Origin: Felis catus
Taxonomy: Eukaryota
DNA length: 64,000 nucleotides
Reading direction: 5' to 3'
Assembly: GCF_018350175.1 (NCBI RefSeq)
Contig: NC_058368.1
Location: 86,430,001 to 86,494,000 of the forward strand
Position 1 is the first letter of the stretch. The number at the start of each line of letters is the position of its first letter. Shown here piece after piece: positions 51,756 to 64,000 of the stretch. The position numbers were made by a program, and so were the translations under genes. The notes below the pieces were generated by a model. The model was not told where the DNA came from. It was given only the letters and a program-made list of their open reading frames with translations, and did no database searches.

Positions 51756-54700
51756 TACTAAGAAGGATGATAGGATTTATGATCCAGAAAAATATATTTT
51801 GAATTTAACTTCCAGTCCCTTTATGCATTTTACACCAAAATCAGAAAATAAAGTCCACATAAAATGTCGATTTTTAGATTGTAGCATAATTATGAAAATA
51901 TACAGCAATCAAAATTAAAACTATGGCTCTTAAACTTCTCAATGATATTCAAAGTGTGGGAAACATTAAGTAATCACTTAGAATTTTGATTCCATAGTAA
52001 GTGGTGATATTTTGATAATGGCTTTTCTCTCATGTTTTGTAAACTTTTAACTAGGTCTGTGTACCATTACTCATATTAATATATAAGCAATAAGAAATGC
52101 AATGATCTTGAGTCCTGGAGGTACCTAAGCCTCTGGATAACCAGTACCAAATCTATCACATTAATGTATAAAATGTTTATTGTGCAAACATCTAAAAAGT
52201 TATTTTAATGCATAATGTTAAGGCATAAAAGTTATCAGAAGAATGAATCCTAGGTGATTGTTTAAAACTGCAAATAAGAGTCTTCCTTCTATTTATTCTC
52301 TACCTGAATATTACATTGCAATAATGTATGAAGACAGATAAATTTACCTCTCAAATGTGGATACATAAAGTGACCGTTGATTATTTTCATTTGCAAGCAT
52401 TTTTACAAATTAGTTTATATTATCTCATAGTACAAATGCAAGGAGAAAAATTTTTCCAGTTAAATATTATTATTTGTTTATTTGTTTATCTAATTAATTA
52501 ATTAATTTTTTATACTTCATGTTTTTATTTAAATTCCATTTAGGTAGCATACAGTGTAATAACAGTTTAAGGTATAGAATTTAGTGATTCATCACTTACA
52601 TACAACGCCCTGTGCTCATCACAAGTGCCCTCTTCAATAACCATCACTCATTTAACTCATCCACCCCATGACCCCTCCAATTCTTTATTTTTTGTATATA
52701 GTTAAGAGTGTTTTGTGGTTTGACTCTTTTTTTTTTAATTTTTTCTTATGTTCATCTATTTTGTTTCTTAAATTCCACACGTAAGTGAAATGATGTGGCA
52801 TTTGTCTTTCTCTGAATGACTTATTTTGTTTAGCATAATACACTCTAGCTCCAACCATGTCCTTGCAAATGGAAAGAATTCATTTTTATAGCTGAGTAAT
52901 AATCCAGTATATATATATATATATATATGCACACATATTCATATATATATATGTGTATATATATATATATATATATACATATATAAATACACACACACAC
53001 ACACACACTCCACATATTCTTTCTCCATTCATCAGTCAATGGATATTTGAGCTCTTTCCATAATTTGTCTATTGTTGATAATGATGCTATAAATATAGGG
53101 GTGCATTTATCCCTTCAAAGTTCTATGTTTAACTTTTTAAGGAAGCTCCATACAGTTTTCCAGAGTGGATGCACCAGTTTGCATTCCTACCAACCATGTA
53201 TGAGGTTTCTCCTGATCTTCACCAATACCTGTTGTTTCCTGTGTTGTTAATTTTAGCTATTCTGAATGATAAAAGGTGATATCTGATTGCAGTATTGATT
53301 TCTATATTCCTGATGATGAGTGATGTTAAGCATCTTTTCACGTGTCTGTTAGCCATCTGTATGTCTTCTTTGAAAAAATGTCTATTCATATCTTCTGCCC
53401 ATTGTTTAACTGGACTATTTGTTTTTTGAGTGTTGAGTTTCATAAGTTCTTTATAGATTTTGGATGCTAACTTTTCAACAGATATGTGATTTGCAAACAC
53501 CTTCTCCCAGTCCATAGGTAGGCTCTTAGTTTTCTTGATTGTTTTCTTCATTGTGCAGAAGTTGAGGGTTTTTGTTGTTGTTGATTTGTTTTGTTTTGTA
53601 TTTATGAAATCCCAATAGTTCATTTTTGTTTTTTGTTTTTTTTCCTTCATCTGAGGAGACATATCTAGTTAGAAGTTGCTATGGCTGATTTCAGACTTAC
53701 TGTCTGTGCTTTCCTCTGGTATTTTGATGATTTTATTTCTCACATTTAGATCTTTCATTCATTTTGTGTATATTTTTTGTATGGTGTAAGAAAGTGGTCC
53801 AGTTTGTTTGTTTGTTTGTTTGTTTGTTTTTGAATGTTGCTGTCCAGTTTCCCCAACATCAATTTTGAAGAGACGGTCTTTCTTTTTTTCCTTTGGATAT
53901 TCTTTCTTGCTTTGGTGAAGTATATTTGACTATATAGTTGTAGATTCATTTCTGGTTTTCTATTCTGTTCCACTGATCTTCATGTGTATTTTTGTGTCTG
54001 TACCTTGCCATCTTATCACTACAGCTTTGTAATGTAACTTGAAGTCCAGAATTGTGATGTCTCCAACTTTGCTCTTCTTTTTAAATGTCTTTGTCTATTA
54101 AGAAAAAGGTTCCATACAAACTTTAGGACTGTTTGTCCTAGCACTGTGAAAAATGCAGGTAGTATTTGAAAGGGATTGCACTAAACATGTAGATTGCTTT
54201 GGGTAATATAGATATTTAATAATATTTGTTCTTCCAATCTTTGAGCATGGAATGTTTCCATTTCTTTGTATCATCTTCAATTTCTTTCATCACTGTTTTT
54301 TTAGTTTTCAGAGTACAGATCATATGTTTCTTTCGTTACATCTATTTCTAAGTATCTTTTATTTTTGCTGCAATTTTAAATGGGGTCAATTCCTTGATTT
54401 CTATTTCTGCTGCTTCACTATTGGTGTACAGAAATACAACAGAATTCTTTATGTTGATTTTGTGTCCTAAGACTTTACTGATGTTGTGTATCAGTTCTAG
54501 CAATTTTTTTTTGGTGAAATCTTTGGGTTTTTCATATAACATATCATCTACAGATAGTGAAAGTTTGAATTCTTTCTTGCTGATTTAGATGGATTTTATT
54601 TCATTTTGTTCTCTGATTACTGAGGGCAAGTTTCCAGTACTATGTTAAACAACCATGGTGAGAGTAGACAACCCTTTCTTGTTCCTGACAGTAGCAAAAA

Positions 54701-55246
54701 GTCCATTGACAGTTTTTGCCCACTGTCAGTGGTATTATATGTGTGTTTGTTTGTTTGTTTGTTTGTTTGTTTTTGTTCTTTTGCTTGGTATGTGGTCTGT
54801 AAGATGTTGAGATATGTTCCTTCTATTCTTACTTTGTCAGGTTTAGGGGAGGTTTTTCGTGAGTGGATGTTTTACTTTGTCAAACTTTTTTTTTTTTTTG
54901 CATCTAATAGGATCATATGATTCTTGTCCTTTTTTAATTAATGAAGTTTATCACATTGATTGATTTATGACTATTGAATCACACTTGAAACCAAGAAATA
55001 AGTTCCACCTCATTGTGGTGAATGATTCTTTTAATGTACTGTTGGATTTGATTTCCCAGTATTTTATTGAGAAATTTTGCATCAATGTTCATCAGGATTA
55101 TTGGTCTGTAATTACCTTTTTTAATAGAGTCTTTGGTTTTGGAATCAGGGTAATGATGGCCTCATAGATTGAATTTGCTAGTTTTTCTTCCATTTCTATC
55201 TTTTGGAAGAGTTTGAAAAAACCTAGTTATCAATTCTATTATTATC

Positions 55247-55447
55247 TTTTTTTTTTTTAGAGAGAGAAAGAGAGAGAGAGAAGGAGTGGGGGAGGGGCAG
55301 ACAGAGAGGGAGAGAGAGATTCTTAAGCAGGTTCCATGCCCAGCACAGAGCCTGACTGGGGCTGGATCTCATGACCTTGAAATCATGACCTGAGCCCAAA
55401 TGAAGAATCAGACACTTACTTAACTCACTGAACCACCCAGACATCCC
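55247..55447 (-). mobile_element. Can-SINE
   Basis: T-tail, (GA)n tract, reverse-complement head ccacccagacatccc. Confidence 0.88.
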
Positions 55448-57068
55448 TATTAACTCTTCTTTAAATGTTTAGTAGAATTTCCCTGTGAAACCATCTGGCC
55501 CTGGAATTTGGTTTCTTGGGTGACTTTTGTTTACTGATTCAGTTTCCTTGCTTGTTATCAGTCTGTTCGTTTTCTCTTTCCTCCTGTTTCAGTTTTGATG
55601 GTTTATATGTTTGTAATAATTTAACCAGTTCTTCCAGATTGTCCAAATTGTTGGCATATAATTTTTCATAATATTCTATTATAATTGCTTGCATTTCTGT
55701 GGTGTTTGTTGTTCTTTTTCCTGTCTCATTTGTTATATTATTTATTTTGTCCCTTTCTCTTTTCTTTTTGATAAGTCTGGCTAAGGGTTTATTAATTTTA
55801 TTAATTTTCTCAAACAACCAGCTCCTGGTTTCATTTATCTCTTCTACTGTGTATTGTTTTGTTTTGGTTACTTTCTAAATATTTATTTCTGCTTTAATCA
55901 TTCTTTTGCTGGCTTTAGGCTTCATTTGTTGTTCTTTTTCTAGCAAGTTTAGGAATAAATCTACGTTGTGTAATTGATACTTTTCTTGCTTCTTGAAGGA
56001 GGCCTGAGTTTCTCTGTACCTCTCTTACAACCTCTTTTGTGTCATCCCAAAGTTTTGGGACCCTTTTGTTTTCATTTTTATTTGTTTCCATGTATTTTGT
56101 TTAATTTATTCTTTAATTCCCTGGTTGACCCACTCATTTTCTAGTAGCATGTTGATTAACCACTATACACTTCTGTTCTTTCCAAATTTTTTCTTGTGGC
56201 TAACTTCAAGTTTTGTAGCATTGTGGTCTGCCTTTCTTCATCTCCTGTTTTTGTCTTTTCTGTAAAATCTAGTTTGCCTAATACAAATATTGCTACTCTG
56301 GCTTTCTATTGACCTCCATTTGAATGATGAATATTTCTCTATCCCATCAGTTTCAAATGCAGGTGTCTTTAAGTTTAAAATATCTCCTATAGGCAGCAAA
56401 TACATGAATCTCTTTGTTTTATCCATTCTGACACCCTATGTCTTTCATTTCATGCATTTAGTCTATTTACATTCACAGTAATTACAGATAGATATGTATT
56501 CAATAACATTTTATTGCTTGCTTTGTTATTTCTAGAATTTTCTCTGTTCTTTTCTAATCTTTGTCACTTTTGGTGACTTTCCTTCCTACTTAAAGAGTTC
56601 TCTTTCAGTGTTGGTTTAGTGGTCATGAACTCGTTTAGTTTTTATTTGTCTGGGAAACTCTTTATCTCTCTCTATTCATACTGATAACCTTGTTGGATAG
56701 AATATTATTGGCTTCAGATTTTTATATTCAGCACATTAAATATTTCATACCACTCCTTTCTAGCTTGCAAAGATTCTGTGAAGAGATCTGTTGCTACCCC
56801 TATGTGTCTTCCTTTGTACATTAGGGACCTTGTTCTTTTCTGGTTTTATGATTTTTTTCTTTATCACTATATTTTGCAAATTTAACTACAATATATCTTG
56901 GTATTGGCCTGCTTTTGTCGATTCTGAAGGAATTTCTCTCTGCCTCCTGGATTTTGATGTCTGTTTCCTTCCCCAGATTTTGGACATTTTCACGTATAAT
57001 TTCCTCAAATTCCTCTAACTTTTTTGTCTCTTCTTCTGGGATTCCTATGATGTCAATGTTACTGTCTT

Positions 57069-57284
57069 TATTTTTAAGTTTATTTAGTTTTTTTTGAGAG
57101 AGAGAGACAGAGAGAGTGAGGAAGGGAGAGGCAGAGAGAGAGAGGGAGATGGAGAAACCCAAGTAGGATCCACTCTGTCAGCGCAGAGCCTGGCACAGGG
57201 CTAAAACCCACAAACCACGGGATCATAACCTGAGCTGAAACAAAGAGTTGGATGCTTAACAGAATGAACCACCCAGGTTCCCCC
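57069..57284 (-). mobile_element. Can-SINE
   Basis: TSD aatgttactgtctt/aatgctattgtctt. Confidence 0.9.
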
Positions 57285-58852
57285 AAATGCTATTGTCTTC
57301 AATGGAGTCACTGAGTTCTTACGTCTACTGTCATGACACAAAATTTTTATTTCTTTTTTTTTTGTTCAGCTTCACTATTTTCCATAATTCTATATTCTGT
57401 ATCACTATTCATTCCTCTCCTTTTATCCTTGTGGTCATTACATCCAGTGTGTTCTGAATCTTATAGTTATTGAATTTGTCATTTTGATTTTATTGTTTTT
57501 TTAGCTCCTTCATCTCTGCATTAAGATGTTCCCTGAAGTCTTCCATTTTCCCCTCACCTCAAGTCCATCAAGTATTTTTATGATTATTGCTTTAAATTCT
57601 GGGTCAGGCATATTACTTATGTTTGTTTTGATTACATTCTTGTCTGTGACCTTTCCTTAATCTTTCTTTTGGGATGAATTCTTCTGTCTTGTCACTTTGT
57701 CTAGTCACTGTTTTCTTCTGTGTGTTAAGAAAGCCTGCTATGTTTCCTGCTCCCAAGAGTAATGGCCTTATGAATGGCCTAATGGTCGTATACTGTCCGG
57801 GACCTGGTGTTTCAGGAAGTGTTTCCTGTGTGCTGCATGTACTTTGCCCCTGTGTTTTGGCTGTTCTGTCCCTCAGGTCAGTCATCTACAGAGGTTAGAC
57901 ATGTCTGTAATGGGGAGTGTGTAGACTTTGGCCAGTGTGTGGTGAGTTTTAAATATGCGCTTGTTAAAAGAGACCTGATGCTATTTTCAATAGAATTGGA
58001 GCTTCACAAAACTCTATGGTCAGTAGATACATTGGGTTCAGGGTCTGTGCTGGCCTTCTGTGGAAGGAGTCAGCTGTGCTGGTCTTTAGGCATACTTGTC
58101 AGAGAATAGCAGTTACCAGCTGAGCACAGAAAGGAAGTCTTTCTGTAAAGCAGGTTAGGCACCCAGTACTGGCACTGAGCTATTTGCTGAAGTTGTTTTA
58201 CCCTGAGGGTCAGAGCAGAGAAATGGTGCCAGTCTGCTCCTTTGTTCCCAGAGTAAAGTCTATGCTTGCTGCTCTCAAGGAAGCACCTTCAGAGGAGTGA
58301 ATAAGTTCCCCTCATGCATCACTGACATTTTTCAGATGGCTGTTTTCAAACTGTCTCCAGGTCACTTGACTCCTTCCAGCAGTGCACCATACCTAGGCCT
58401 CTACCACAGCCAAACCTGCTTACTTTTAAAATTGCAAACTTCAGGCACCTGGAGTGGTAAGGACCTGCACTCTTCCTCTGGGAAAGGGTCTCGCTGTGCT
58501 GGGATTGATTCAAATTTGATCCAGAAAAGCAGTCATGCCAGAGCACAAGGGCATGGCATTTGGAGCAAAGCAGATTAAACAACAAGTTCCTGGATTATAG
58601 ATGCCCTTAGCAGGTGTCACTGTGCCTATGTTGAGGGTCATGGGAAGGAAATTTTTCCCATTGGTTCTTTTTTCACCAGAGATCAGTTTTATCTCTCATA
58701 GACACATTCAAAAACATAGGAACCATGCACCTTAGGTGATCCTCAGATTGTGCAATCTGCCTTGGAGTTGTTCACTTCCCTTTGTAGGTTTAGGGCATTG
58801 TTCTCAGGTCTCTACCCCAGCCTTGCCCAGGAACCTCTAAAACTCCAGGCGT

Positions 58853-59078
58853 AGAGTGCCTGGGTGGCTCAGTCGGTTGAACATCTGACTTCGGCTCAGG
58901 TCATGATCTCATGGTTCTTGGGTTCAAGCCCCACATCAGGCTCTGTGTTGAACTCTTGCTCAGAACCTGGAGCCTGCTTCAGATTCTGTGACTCCTTCTC
59001 TCCCTGCCCCTCCCCAACTCATGCTCTGTCTCACTCTCTCAAAAATATATAAATGTAAATTAAAAAAAATAATAAATA
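58853..59078 (+). mobile_element. Can-SINE in L1 5' UTR
   Basis: gtgcctgggtggctcagtcgg head; A-rich tail; flanking aaactccag/aacctccag. Confidence 0.9.
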
Positions 59079-59838
59079 AACCTCCAGTCTTTGAGCCCCA
59101 CTGGTTGCAAAAGCAGATGAAATCAGCCCCTCTCATTTTCCCAGCCAATGGCTTTGGCAAAATGCTCCCCTTGTGCTTATCCTTGTGTGTTCCACTCTCT
59201 CTGGCTTTTCTCCACGACCAGGCTTCTCTCTCACCTCCACAGCACCTGAGATCTGCCTAAACAATATCTTCATACTTTTTACTTTCTGTGAAGTGAACAC
59301 TTCTCAACCTCTAGTGGAGCACTCTGTTCTGTCAGTTCTCAGGTTGACTTATCGGGTGTTCAGAATGGTTTGATATTGCCTAGCTGTGTTTGAGGGACAG
59401 GGAAAACCTAGGGTCTTCCTACTATGCCACTGATTTATCTCCCCACTAAATGAAGAAACAAAATTGTAAAAATAAAATTGGTTTTCCAAACACAAGGAAT
59501 CATATATCTTAAAGTGGATTTTCACATGGAGGAGGAAAATATTTCTATCACTCTTAATATTGTATTTTATCTGAACTTTCTTGAGTTAAAGCAATAATTA
59601 TCCTCTTAAGTCAAAGTATTTTCATTAAAATTTTATATGATCAATTTCAGGTATTATATTGTTAATTACTGGAAAAAATAAGTAATTTGATAAGCAAACT
59701 AAGAATAGATACATGATTTATATTTGTTATATAATTCAATAAAAGTGATATTAAACACTATATTATTATTTTTTTAAATGCAACCATTCTTCATATTAAA
59801 CAAAATATTAAAGGAAAACTTGTTAGAAATACTATGGT

Positions 59839-60265
59839 GGGAGTGCCTTGGTGGCTCGTTTGGTTGAGCACCCTACTCTTCATTTCAGCTGAGGTCATGA
59901 TCCAAAGGTTGTAGGATTGAGCCTCATGCCCCCATTGTTCAGCATGGAGCCTACTTAAGATTCTCTTTCTCTCTGCCTCTCTATCCCACTCACGGACTCT
60001 TCTAACATTAAAAATAAAAGAAATATGGGTTGCCTAGGTGGCTCAGTCTGTTGAGTGTCCGACTTCAGCTCAGGTCATGGTCTCACGGTGTGTGAGTTTG
60101 AGCCCCGCGTTGGGCTCCGTGAGTACAGCTCAGAGCCTGGAGCCTGCTTCGGATTCTGTGTCTCCCTCTTTCTGCCCCTCCCCTGCTCATGCTCTGTCTC
60201 TCTGTATCAAAAATAAATAAAAACATTTTAAAAAAATTAAAAAACATAATAAAAGAAATAAAAAT
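59839..60265 (+). mobile_element. Nested Can-SINE pair (second SINE 60027-60247 inserted in the A-tail of the first)
   Basis: Outer TSD aaatactatggt (59827, 60266); inner TSD aataaaagaaata (60013-60025, 60248-60260). Confidence 0.9.
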
Positions 60266-60844
60266 AAATACTATGGTGGGCAATACGACATTAACATCTT
60301 GTTAAGTTCCCCTTTTCGCATCAGCCTAATACTGTGTTTTGAGCATGTCACACATTAGTTTCCCCTGACTTAACACATTCTTGTATAGTCTAAGAAAAAA
60401 GACATAAAAAAAGGTCAAAGAAAACTTAATTTGAAAAAATATTTTTTATAAGAGAGAGAAACTCTACTGTAATCTCATTAAATTTAGAAATCTTTTTGAA
60501 TAATGTTGAAATATGTCTTATTATATTTGCATAGAAAATGTCAATTAACTTAAATATATAATAAATACACAAATAGAAGTTTATTTGAACATTATAATTG
60601 ATCATCCATGAAATAGCTTCTTAAATATATGAACAATTTTTCTTTTTACACTCACTGATAAGTCTTCAATTGAACAAGAAAGAACACATATAAAATCTAG
60701 TTAAACTCTTGTATGTAAAAAAAAAAGTCACAGAACAATGCTAAACATTATTGTATTTTCCCACCTATTAGTAAACTAGTACATACAAATTCAATTATAA
60801 AAAGAAATCAATACTAAAAAAGGAAAGGAAATTCAACACAAGAT

Positions 60845-61060
60845 AATAGATTCTAAAACCAGAGGTCAACTTCCAATCAAAGACCAACAACTTGCTTGGT
60901 ATATGATCTTGGGAAAGTTACCAAAACCTTGTGTTTCAGCTACCCCGACTTCAACATAATGCAGTTCAGAATATCTACCTCATATATTTTATTTTAACAA
61001 ATGAGCTAATATGTGTGAAGAACTTAGACAATTCTAGGGCTAATTTATGTTGATGTTATC
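60845..61060 (+). mobile_element. MIR
   Basis: tgatcttgggaaagttacc..ccttgtgtttcag..atctacctcata..aatgagctaatatgtgtgaagaacttag. Confidence 0.65.
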
Positions 61061-62156
61061 TATTATAATCTAGGGTTACCTTTATCATATTCTGTCATTT
61101 CACCTGTTAAACATTGATCATTCACAAATATCTCATAATACACAAAAAGAAAAACTCTATGTGGTTAAAATTTTACATATATAAAATATGTATAATTATG
61201 TATGATATTATACATCATATATGTATTTAATAATGTAATGTAATACATATACAATAATTTTATGTCAATATTATACACTAGTATATAATATTATGTATCA
61301 TTCTATAATATATATTCTATTTATATAATAATTACAACATATATATGTTGGCATGATGGCATGCATACTTCTGATGTGTGAAATGTCATTTGGATAGCAG
61401 TTATTTTGCTTCCATTTTCACATAACTGTTAAAAAGGAGAAAAAAAACTTTAAATGAAATTTACAGGACTTCAAAAACATGGTGGACAAAGAAGCTCCAG
61501 GCTATTGCCATTACCTCATGGAAATATCAAGTGAATAACTCCAGACTAACTAAAATAAACTTTAGAGATCTCTGGACACCAGTTAAGGATTTGCAGCCAC
61601 ATTCAAGAAATGGTCAATCAAAAAAAAAAAAAAAGACGCTAAAAACAATAAGATATGGGCATAATTTGGATCTCAAGTTAGAATCCACAAAATGGAATTG
61701 CAGGCACCAAAGCCCATGAAAATTGAAGGAGAGCAGCAGATCAGTGGACACCTGGGTGCAAGAGATTATAGGCAGTTAAACATAACAGAACATATAGGGC
61801 ACTGAGAAAAAGGAAGCGTGACAGCCGAAGGAAAATCAAGACATATAAGATCAGCAAATACTGGAGAATTGCAAAATAGGCATATGCACAGGATGCTCAG
61901 GGAGGATGCATCCCCAGAAAATGCCTAAACTATCTAAAAAGCCTTTACATTGGGCTGAATAGTAAAGGTCTTCCTACACACAGAGCCAGTCTGCAAAGAC
62001 TGAGAGAGGAGACGGTTTTTTTCAAATGCCCAATTAAAAAAAAAATCACAAAGTATATATGTAAATATGGTCTATTCAAATAAACAGAATAAGTTACCTG
62101 AAACTAACCCTAAAGAATCACAGTCTAATTAAAAGACTTTAAAATAGAAAATTTAA

Positions 62157-62350
62157 GGACATCTGGAAGCCTTAGTCAGTTAAGTGTCTGACTTAGTTTA
62201 GGCTCAGGTCATGACCTCACAGTTTATGAGTTCAAGACCCACATTGGGCTCTGCGCTGACAGTGTGGAGCTTGCTTGGGATTCTCTATCCCTCTCTCTCT
62301 GCCCTTCCCCCACATTCTATCTCTCTCTCAAATAAATAAAAATTTTAGAA
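62157..62350 (+). mobile_element. Can-SINE
   Basis: ggctcaggtcatgacctcacagtttatgagttcaag; (CT)n tract; A-tail. Confidence 0.85.
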
Positions 62351-62806
62351 AAAAGTAATTTTAAACATTATACAAGAGCCAAAGGAAAAGATCAGCAAGT
62401 GACTTAAGGTATTCAGAAAAATTGCATATAGACAATATATGGACATGTAAAGAACATTAAGAACATGTCAAGAAGAGATAGATTTTATAAAAATAGGAAC
62501 CAAACAGAAATTCTTTATATGACGTATGCAAAAATTGAATTGAGAAATTCACTAGAAGGTTTCAAGTGCAGACTTGAAAAGGCAGAGGAAATAGCAAATT
62601 TGAAGATAAGTCATTTGAGATTATCAAGTTCTAGGGAAAAAAATGAAGAAAAGTAAGCAAAGTTAAGGGACTTATGTATATCATCAATCAGAGCAATATA
62701 TATTTTATAGGAATCTCAAGAGGGGCTGAGAGCTTATTTAAAGCAATAACAGCTAAAACGTTCCTGTGTTTGAATAAGGACATGGATATAAAAATCCAAA
62801 ATATTT

Positions 62807-63023
62807 GGGGCGCCTGGGTGGCGCAGTCGGTTAAGCGTCCGTCTTCAGCCAGGTCACGATCTCGTGGTCTGGGAGTTCGAGCCCCGCGTCAGGCTCTGGG
62901 CTGATGGCTCGGAGCCTGGAGCCTGTTTCCGATTCTGTGTCTCCCTCTCTCTCTGCCCCTCCTCCGTTCATGCTCTGTCTCTCTCTGTCCCAAAAATAAA
63001 TAAACATTGAAAAAAATTTTAAA
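62807..63023 (+). mobile_element. Young felid Can-SINE (SINEC_Fc-like)
   Basis: CpG-rich ggggcgcctgggtggcgcagtcggttaagcgtcc..; perfect 16-bp TSD aaaaatccaaaatatt (62790-62805, 63024-63039). Confidence 0.95.
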
Positions 63024-63544
63024 AAAAATCCAAAATATTCAATGAACTCCAAGTAATCTAACCTGAAGAAAACATGTAATCACACTATTGAAAGTAAAAG
63101 AGAAAATCTTGAAAGCAGCAAAAGAAACTCATCATCTATAAGGGATTCTCAAAAAGATTATCAGTAAATTTCTTAGCAGAAATTAACAGGCCAAAAGGTA
63201 GTACAACACTATATTCAAGTCCTGAGAGAAAAATTGTCAACTGTGAATTCTATATATGACAAAGTGTCTTTCGAAAAAAATCAAGAAATTCAGACATTCT
63301 CATATAAATAAGGTTGTCAATTAGATGACCCTAGGCTAAATAATTAGATAAAGTTGCTAATAACAACAAACTTGTTCATGAAGATAAATTCACCTGCAGT
63401 TATGCTGAATTTAGAGGAAAAACTACATTTAGTTTGTTTCTCACTCTTATAGTTATCTGTGTCTTTATTATCCACCTAGTCATAATTGTTTATTTTAATA
63501 TACTTAATTAGGTCAAGGATGATGGTTCAAGTCAGATGTGATAG

Positions 63545-63740
63545 AGAATCAGTTAAATATTAGACCAGTCTTCAGGCTGTCTTAATTTAAATTCCAGTTT
63601 TGCATATAAATTATAAATAATCTATATGTACCTCCATCTTCTCTTCCATAAATTGAGGATAATCACATAACAATATCCCAGTGGATTAAATTTAGGTTAG
63701 AAATAGGTGTGCTACTAATCAAGTGTTATACTTTTGCTAG
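63545..63740 (+). mobile_element. Degraded MIR
   Basis: ttaaattccagttttgca..cttctcttccataaattgaggataat resembles the MIR core. Confidence 0.4.
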
Positions 63741-64000
63741 TTCTCATTTTTAACAGATGCAATTAATCATTCTTCCCATGGTAATCAGACATTGTTGACT
63801 TTAAGACATTAAGTAAAAGTGAAATCCTATAGAATCTTATAGAATCCTATGATAAACCCTGTCCCAACACATGGTGCTTACAGGGAATTTTTATCTGAAA
63901 CACTCTACCTTGTGGCGAGGAGTGACACTGCCAATATAGCCCAAAGAGCTTGGCCAGTGCCTTCCTAAATTGTACCAGTTAATATATGTTTCTCTGTTTT

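Larger units (their letters stand above)
52470..59445 (-). mobile_element. Near-full-length decayed carnivore LINE-1 (3' UTR, ORF2, ORF1, 5' UTR)
   Basis: ORF2 remnants ([44 protein letters not shown]), ORF1 remnant (NIDIIGIPEEE..IIRENVQNLGKE..PRYIVVKF), 5' UTR at ~57700-59445. Confidence 0.9.
61465..63320 (+). mobile_element. Old L1 5' UTR and ORF1 fragment (sense strand)
   Basis: aacatggtggac start; ORF1 coiled-coil remnant RNQTEIL..IELRNSLEGFKCRLEKAEE; gagaaaatcttgaaagcagcaaaaga. Confidence 0.75.

Noticed and set aside
61170..61345. AT-rich quasi-palindromic stretch (also 38720-38880)
   Set aside because: Low-complexity TA-derived sequence with no defined unit or termini.
1..64000. A novel multi-gene system, CRISPR array or prokaryotic operon
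   Set aside because: The sequence is mammalian and repeat-dominated. Recurrent ~200-bp repeats are dispersed SINEs with TSDs, not regularly spaced arrays; the only host genes are two ORs.

Overview
Mammalian genomic DNA from a carnivore, most likely a cat-family (felid/feliform) species, judged by the feliform-type Can-SINEs. The window is part of a class II olfactory receptor (OR) cluster. It has one intact single-exon OR14A16-like ORF (12188-13132, +) and one paralogous OR14-family pseudogene (39935-40895, +) with a +1 homopolymer frameshift and a TGG>TAG nonsense codon. Most of the remainder is retrotransposon debris: many decayed LINE-1 copies, almost all on the minus strand and nested up to three deep, and about 26 Can-SINEs. 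There is also a solo ERV LTR, a non-autonomous Tigger/pogo DNA transposon, MIR/L2 relics and microsatellites. No L1 has intact ORFs. I found no evidence for a previously undescribed biological system; the findings are local evolutionary or structural oddities. Repeat subfamily names are by-eye recognition and boundaries of old repeats are approximate.
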